Assembly: GCA_049325335.1 (NCBI GenBank)
Contig: JBMOMC010000045.1
Coordinates: forward strand, 146,032 to 210,031
Length of the DNA stretch: 64,000 nt
Direction of reading: 5' to 3'
Source of the DNA: Nitrospirota bacterium
Lineage (GTDB): Bacteria > Nitrospirota > Nitrospiria > 2-01-FULL-66-17
Shown here: positions 58,545-64,000 of the stretch, one piece after another
How positions within the stretch are numbered: position 1 is the stretch's first letter
Layout of the letters: each line of letters begins with the position of its first letter
Position numbers and translations under genes: made by a program
Notes under the pieces: generated by a model
Seen by the model: only the letters and a program-made list of their open reading frames with translations
Told to the model about the DNA's origin: nothing
Databases searched by the model: none

Positions 58545-60940
58545 GATTTTCCCTCCATCACAGGGCGGGCGGGGAAATACGTTCCCCGTTGATCGCCGAA
58601 GATAAACCGTGGCTTGAAGATGATCATGAGGGCGCGTAAGAAGAACAGGGCGAAGAACGCGCTCACCGCCATCGTCGCCGTCACCATATTCGAGAGCTGG
58701 TTATAAAACGCGAAGTCCGACACTTGCAGAACCGCGTAGCCGCCGATGATCGATAACGCCACGAACAGAATGGCCTTGCCGGAGGTCAACATGGAGTTGC
58801 GGGTCGCGGTCAGGACGTTACCGCTGCGGACGAGCTCCTCGCGGAACCGGAACAGAAGATAAATTTCGTAATCTGCGCCAATACCGATGGCCATGGCCGC
58901 TGTCGTCATCGCGGTGATGTCGAGCGGGGTATGTAGCCAGCCCATCAATCCGAAGTTCGCGATCATCACCGCGAACAGCGGTATGACCACGAAGAGACCG
59001 CCCACCAGCGAGCGAAATACGATAGCGCCCAGGGTGAAGACCACCACGGTCATCTGCACCATATTGCGGAATTTGTCTTTGACGATGACGTCGTTCAGCG
59101 CGATCATCTGTGGCAGGCTCCCGCCCATCTGCACGGTGACCCCGGGCGGAAAGCTCTTGGCGATCATCGCCTGGGCTTTTTGCGCGAGAATATCGGCGCT
59201 CGTGGTACTGTCATTCTTGATAAACGTCCAGATGCTCGCACGCCGGTAATCGTTGTCCACGAAACTGTCAAAGTCCTGCGGATCACCTGAGGTCGAATAC
59301 AGAAAGAGATATTGCGCGACCAGCTCGCGGCTCTCCGGGACGGTATAGAACGCCGGGTTGTCCGCATGCATCGCCTGATTCATGCGCTTGATCAGGTCCA
59401 CCAGCGATTGCGTCTTGCCGACGTCCGGTTGGGTCTCGAGGAAGGCCTGCAACTGTGCCATTCCCCGCAATACCTTGGGATCTTTTATTCCATCCTGTTC
59501 GGGCGCTTGGATCAGGAACTGAATGGAGTTGGTGCCGCCAAATGTCTGGTTGAGCGCCCGGTCATCGACGCGCAGTTGGCTCATTGGTTTGTGGTAGAGC
59601 TTGAAGTTGTTGTCGATGCGCAGGAATGCCGTGCCGGTTCCCACCAGCGCGAGCAGCGCGAGTCCCCCGCCGACGATCCACGGCGCGCGCCCGCCGACGA
59701 GATTATTGGCCACCCCGAGCAGGAACCCGTCCACTATGCCCGCCGCGCGTTCGCGCTTGGCTTCGCGAGTTTTCGGCGGACGCAGCATCGAACGCACCAC
59801 CGGAATGACGGTCATCTCAAGCACCATGGTGGCGAGCACACCGCAGCCGGCAAACACACCGAAGTGCTGTACCATGGGGATGCCGGTACCCGCGAGCGAG
59901 AAGAAGGTAATCACCGCAATCAAGCCCGCCACGATCATCACCGGCCCGACACGGACCATCGATTCCACCACCGCCGCACGGTTGGCATCGCGCGCGTTCA
60001 TGCCGGTGGCCTGTAGTCGGCTATATTCCTCGTAATAACGCTTGAGGATCTGGATCGCGTGACCGGCGGCGACCGCCAGGATGAGAATGGGTGTCGTCGT
60101 GTTGAGGGGATCCAGGTGCACGCCCAGCAGCCCCATCAACCCCAGGCCCCAGATGACGCTCAAGATACCGGTCAGGATCGGCAGCAGCATCCCCTGGACA
60201 CTGCGGAACGACCAGTATTGGATGAGCATGATGACGAGCAGCGCGGCGCCGAAAAACATCGGCATTTTCATGAAATGAGTGTCCGCCGCCGCACCGACGA
60301 GGGGTAGTCCGCCGAGGTAGATATCCACCCTGTCGTCGCGTTCGCGATCGACGATTTTGCGGAGCCCCTCGGTTAGCACGATATAGTTCGGGGTTTTTTC
60401 GCCCTGTTTGAAATCCGCGACGACCGCCGCCGCCTTGCCGTCCGGCGACACCAGGGCGTTGATATAAATCGGCATCAAGGCGACCGCGGCTTTGAGTTTC
60501 TCCATCTCCGCCGGCGCTTGCGGCACCGTCTCCATCATCGGACGTACTTCCATGCCCTCGGGTCCGCCCTTGATCGACTTAATCTTGTGCGCGGCGAGGC
60601 TCAGGATGTTGTGCCGAACCGCCTCCGGCAACTGCTCGATCCCTTCCTGGATACGTTTGATCTTCGCCAGTACCTGCGGCTGGTAAATGTCTCCCTGTTT
60701 GGGAACGATACCGATCACGGTATAGTTCTTGCCGCCGAAGGTTTTGTCCAGCAGGTTCGTCGTCTCGACATAGACATGCTTCTGGGGTGCCCAGAGATCC
60801 GGATTGGTGTCCATCTGGAGGTTGCCTATGCGGGTCACTAAAAAAGCGGTGATGCCCAAGATCACGATGATGACGAGAAGGCGATGAGCAATGATCCACT
60901 GCGCATAGGGACGGAAAAAACGAGATTTAACTACTTCCAT
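58541..60940 (-). CDS. MMPL/RND family transporter
   Basis: 799 aa with two 1+5 TM halves and periplasmic domains; AIGIGADY motif. Confidence 0.92.
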   Translation of the reverse strand: MEVVKSRFFRPYAQWIIAHRLLVIIVILGITAFLVTRIGNLQMDTNPDLWAPQKHVYVETTNLLDKTFGGKNYTVIGIVPKQGDIYQPQVLAKIKRIQEGIEQLPEAVRHNILSLAAHKIKSIKGGPEGMEVRPMMETVPQAPAEMEKLKAAVALMPIYINALVSPDGKAAAVVADFKQGEKTPNYIVLTEGLRKIVDRERDDRVDIYLGGLPLVGAAADTHFMKMPMFFGAALLVIMLIQYWSFRSVQGMLLPILTGILSVIWGLGLMGLLGVHLDPLNTTTPILILAVAAGHAIQILKRYYEEYSRLQATGMNARDANRAAVVESMVRVGPVMIVAGLIAVITFFSLAGTGIPMVQHFGVFAGCGVLATMVLEMTVIPVVRSMLRPPKTREAKRERAAGIVDGFLLGVANNLVGGRAPWIVGGGLALLALVGTGTAFLRIDNNFKLYHKPMSQLRVDDRALNQTFGGTNSIQFLIQAPEQDGIKDPKVLRGMAQLQAFLETQPDVGKTQSLVDLIKRMNQAMHADNPAFYTVPESRELVAQYLFLYSTSGDPQDFDSFVDNDYRRASIWTFIKNDSTTSADILAQKAQAMIAKSFPPGVTVQMGGSLPQMIALNDVIVKDKFRNMVQMTVVVFTLGAIVFRSLVGGLFVVIPLFAVMIANFGLMGWLHTPLDITAMTTAAMAIGIGADYEIYLLFRFREELVRSGNVLTATRNSMLTSGKAILFVALSIIGGYAVLQVSDFAFYNQLSNMVTATMAVSAFFALFFLRALMIIFKPRFIFGDQRGTYFPARPVMEGKS

Positions 60941-61011
60941 TTTTGACCTCCCGGTCTGATAACATGATTGAAAGATCGCGACTCACGGTCCTGCGTCTAC
61001 TCCGCCGTGAA

Positions 61012-61881
61012 CTACTGCAGCGCCGCGATGTGATCCTTTGCCCACTGTTCGAGGGTGCGTGCCGGACGGCCTAGCACCTCGGCCACTGTCGACGTCAGGT
61101 GGTTCGTTCGTCCGGCCTTGATACCCTCCGCGAAGTAACAAAGAACCGACTCCACCACGGGCGGCGGAGCTCCAGCGCTCAGCATCTCCTGGCGCCACGT
61201 CGCCTCCGGTACGTCAACGAACTTCAGCGGCTTGCCTGTTACGGCCGAGACTTTTTGCACCACCTCGGCGAAGCTCAGCAGCTCCGGGCCAGTCAGTTCA
61301 TAGATCTTTCCCTCGTGTCCGGGCGTCGTGAGCGCCCTGACCGCCACCGCGGCAATGTCGTGTGGATCGATGGGCGCTTCCTTGCCGTTACCCACCGGGA
61401 AGAACAATCCGCCCCGTGGAACGATCCCGAACTCGATCAAATTCGAGTCGAAAAATGTGGGCCGCAAAATCGTCCAGGCGATGCCGAGGGCGCGCAGCCG
61501 CTGCTCGCCCTCGGTGTGCCATTTTCCGAAGGGGGCCTTGGCCAAAAAAGTCGTAATGCCGCTGATGCCGGAGAGTTTGACGATATGCTTGACGCCTGCA
61601 TGCTTCGCCGCATCGAAAGCGTTTCCTTCAAGTTCCAGGAACTCAGGGCCATTAACCGGCGCGAGAACAAACGCCTTGTCTACGCCGGCGAACGCCGCCG
61701 TAAGCGTTTCAGGTTTTGAAAGATCGCCCTTCACGACTTCAACGCCTGTGCCTAATTTCTGTGCCTTTGCTAAGTCGCGTACTAGCGCACGCACTCGGTG
61801 GCCGCCCTGAACCAGTTGTTTGACGGCTTCGCTGCCGACGTTTCCCGTTGCTCCAGTAACTAAAATTAACGGATTTTTCAT
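61012..61881 (-). CDS. NmrA-like / atypical SDR NAD(P)H-binding oxidoreductase
   Basis: ILVTGATGNVG, WTILRPTFF, YELTGPE. Confidence 0.9.
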   Translation of the reverse strand: MKNPLILVTGATGNVGSEAVKQLVQGGHRVRALVRDLAKAQKLGTGVEVVKGDLSKPETLTAAFAGVDKAFVLAPVNGPEFLELEGNAFDAAKHAGVKHIVKLSGISGITTFLAKAPFGKWHTEGEQRLRALGIAWTILRPTFFDSNLIEFGIVPRGGLFFPVGNGKEAPIDPHDIAAVAVRALTTPGHEGKIYELTGPELLSFAEVVQKVSAVTGKPLKFVDVPEATWRQEMLSAGAPPPVVESVLCYFAEGIKAGRTNHLTSTVAEVLGRPARTLEQWAKDHIAALQ

Positions 61882-61929
61882 TTTCTATTGTCCTGTTCTT
61901 TAAATGGTTGTTGAATATTCTTCAAATAG

Positions 61930-62676
61930 TTAAATCGAGAAGCCGCCATCCACATTGATGGTCGTGCCCGTGATGAAACCCGAAGCGGGTGCCGCCAGCA
62001 GCGCCACGACGTCGGCGATCTCCGACGGCTGGCCAACGCGGCCCACCGGCATCATCTGCCGAAGTTCCTCAAGGAACTTCGGATCGGCGCCAAGGAGGGC
62101 CTCTGTTTCAATCGGGCCAGGCTGCACGCAATTGACCGTGATCTGCCTCGGTGCGAGTTCACGCGCCCAGGCTCGCGTCAGGCCGGCAACGGCGGACTTC
62201 GTCATCGCTATGAGGCTGAGTCCTGGCGCCGGTGCATGATCGGCGCTGACGGCGCCGATATTGATGATGCGGCCGCCCGGACTCATCACGCGCGCGGCGG
62301 CGCGCCCGGCGAAGAACACGGCGCGCACGTTGACGTTTACCATGCGCTCGAACTCCTCATCGCTGGTGTTCTCCAGCGGTTTGGTGAAGAAGACGGCTGC
62401 ATTGTTCACCAGGATGTCGAGCCGTCCGAGACGCGCGACGACCTGGGGCACCACGGCCGAGGCGGCCCTGGCGTCGGCGGCGTCGGACTGGAAAGCTTCG
62501 CCGCGTACGCCCTTCCCCTTGATCGTGGCGACGACGCGTTGCGCCGCCTCGGTCGATTTGACGTAAGTAATGGCGACATCAGCGCCGTCGGCGGCAAGCC
62601 GCTCGGCAATGGCGGCGCCGATACCGCGGCTGCCGCCCGTGACAAGGGCTACTTTGCCACGTAGAGAACCACTCAG
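61930..62676 (-). CDS. Classical SDR oxidoreductase with no canonical start codon (CTG start or frameshifted 5' end)
   Basis: The frame upstream of the tracked ORF reads LSGSLRGKVALVTGGSRGIG...; NNAA and VNCVQPGP present; a CTG start at 62676 gives 248 aa. Confidence 0.75.
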   Translation of the reverse strand: MSGSLRGKVALVTGGSRGIGAAIAERLAADGADVAITYVKSTEAAQRVVATIKGKGVRGEAFQSDAADARAASAVVPQVVARLGRLDILVNNAAVFFTKPLENTSDEEFERMVNVNVRAVFFAGRAAARVMSPGGRIINIGAVSADHAPAPGLSLIAMTKSAVAGLTRAWARELAPRQITVNCVQPGPIETEALLGADPKFLEELRQMMPVGRVGQPSEIADVVALLAAPASGFITGTTINVDGGFSI

Positions 62677-62754
62677 ATCAGACCCCTTTTCTTTGAAGGG
62701 CAGCTAAACGTATTCGTCATTTCAAATTCTCCTAAGTAATCGTTAGGGGTTACG

Positions 62755-63330
62755 TCATGCGTCGGCTCTCAACGCCTTGACCCATTTCGTGAGGCGTGCG
62801 GTTTCTCTCAGCATCAGCTTGGGATCCTTGAAGGTATTCGTCAGCAAACTCGCGCCTTGCAGCGCTGAAACAAGATGCAACGCGTGATCGGAAGATTCTT
62901 TCCCCGAGCCCAGCAGACGAAATTGCGCTTCGAGCCACCCAAGCAGCGCCGAGAACATGCCCGCGGCCTTGTCCGCCAGCGGCCCGCCTTCCTTGTGCAG
63001 TTCCTGACAGAGACTGCCGGTGGGACAACCGCTTTGCGCGACTATTTCACGGTTGTCGGCCACCGCTTTGATCGAGGCCAATATCCTCGTCCGGGGATCA
63101 GGCAGCTTGTCCCACTCGCTAAATTGGCTTTGGTAACAATCCGTGCGGAGCTCGATCAGGGCGCGACCGATGTCCTCCTTGGTTTTGAAGTAGTAATACA
63201 CGTTGCCCAACGGTACCTTGGCTTCTTGAGCGATATCCGCCAGCGTGGTTTGATTGAAACCCTGCTGCTGAACCAGCTTGTTCGCTGCCTCGATCAGGCG
63301 TGTACGCTTATCAATTTTTGATTTTTTCAT
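62755..63330 (-). CDS. TetR/AcrR family transcriptional regulator
   Basis: GFNQTTLADIAQEAKVPLGNVYYYFKTKE; GCP motif. Confidence 0.95.
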   Translation of the reverse strand: MKKSKIDKRTRLIEAANKLVQQQGFNQTTLADIAQEAKVPLGNVYYYFKTKEDIGRALIELRTDCYQSQFSEWDKLPDPRTRILASIKAVADNREIVAQSGCPTGSLCQELHKEGGPLADKAAGMFSALLGWLEAQFRLLGSGKESSDHALHLVSALQGASLLTNTFKDPKLMLRETARLTKWVKALRADA

Positions 63331-63345
63331 AATCTAAAATATATT

Positions 63346-63393
63346 AGTTAGTTAACTGACTTGTATCATAGGCCAGAAATATCAGTCTGTCAA
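63346..63393 (-). promoter_or_regulatory. tetR promoter and candidate operator
   Basis: Minus strand TTGACA-17 nt-TATGAT (63393-63365); palindrome AGTTAGTTAACTGACT at 63346-63361 (14/16). Confidence 0.75.
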
Positions 63394-63399
63394 TCCGGC

Positions 63400-63588
63400 C
63401 TTGCCGTTTTATGAGGAACGGATTCAATCACGTAAGTGCCAGTCGACGACCTCGGACCGGATCAGCGTGTGCCGATAGAGATCGACCCTCGGCAGCAGGA
63501 TGTCGTCGGCAATGAATGAAACCGCCCACGCGGCAATGAAGGCGACAATCCTCACACCGGATTCCGGTACCCGTCCTTTGCTCGTCAT
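63400..63588 (-). pseudogene. Internally deleted and truncated duplicate of the LolA-like gene
   Basis: MTSKGRVPESGVRIVAFIAAWAVSFIA joined to DDILLPRVDLYRHTLIRSEVVD, then frameshifted YVIESVP; the counterpart of 58107-58463 is missing. Confidence 0.85.
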
Positions 63589-64000
63589 GATTTTCCCTCC
63601 ATCACGGGGCGGGCGGGGAAATACGTTTCCCGTTGATCGCCGAAGATAAACCGCGGCTTGAAGATCATCATCATCGCGCGCAGGAACAAGACGGCCGAGA
63701 GCGCGCTGACGACCATCGTCGCGATCACCATCACCGCCAAGCGGCTGTAAAACCCGAACCCGGACGTCAACAGCACCGAATAGCCGCCCGCCACCGACAG
63801 CGCCACGAAGAGGATGGCCTTGCCGGAGGTCAGCAACGAGTCACGCGTGGCCGCGAACACGTTCCCCGTTTTGGCCAGCTCTTCGCGGAACCGAAAGAGC
63901 AGGTAGATTTCGTAGTCGGCGCCGATGCCGATCGCCATCGACGCGGTCGTCGCCGTGCCCATGTCGAGAGGGATGCCGAACCACCCCATCAGACCGAGGT
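63585..64000 (-). CDS. Second MMPL/RND transporter (3' part only; continues beyond the window)
   Basis: MAIGIGADYEIYLLFRFREEL...SGKAILFVALS...PARPVMEGKS, a paralogue of 58541-60940. Confidence 0.88.
   Translation of the reverse strand, partial: LGLMGWFGIPLDMGTATTASMAIGIGADYEIYLLFRFREELAKTGNVFAATRDSLLTSGKAILFVALSVAGGYSVLLTSGFGFYSRLAVMVIATMVVSALSAVLFLRAMMMIFKPRFIFGDQRETYFPARPVMEGKS

Overview
GC-rich bacterial chromosome window; the gene set and order suggest Nitrospirota or a deltaproteobacterium-like lineage (inference). Housekeeping blocks: mutM-tatC-tatB-rimI-tsaB-radA, hsp20-hspR-clpB, nadB, a 29-aa bS22-like gene absent from the ORF track, yceD-rpmF-plsX-fabH-fabD-fabG-acpP-fabF-rnc, and purMN. 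Four accessory blocks: (1) at the left edge, an IS3-like fragment, palindromic repeats and a frameshifted tcmP plus DUF5131 pair; (2) a type I R-M locus ordered hsdR-hsdS-fic-hsdM, next to an SDR(FolM-like)-queD-queC cluster; (3) a ~19-kb riboswitch-controlled cobalamin biosynthesis operon lying between tRNA-Ala(CGC) and a 48-bp duplicate of its 3' half, with no integrase, no cbiJ/cobK and a truncated cobC-like stub; (4) a TetR-SDR-NmrA-MMPL-LolA-like-barrel module preceded by a decayed duplicate. The strongest unexplained signal is a 37-bp promoter plus palindrome element (TTGACC-N4-AGCCCGyAACGGGCT-AAkCTGG) found upstream of both the tcmP-DUF5131 operon and the R-M operon, 23 kb apart. This suggests a shared trans-regulated defence regulon. 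All calls come from reading the sequence by eye; no searches were run.
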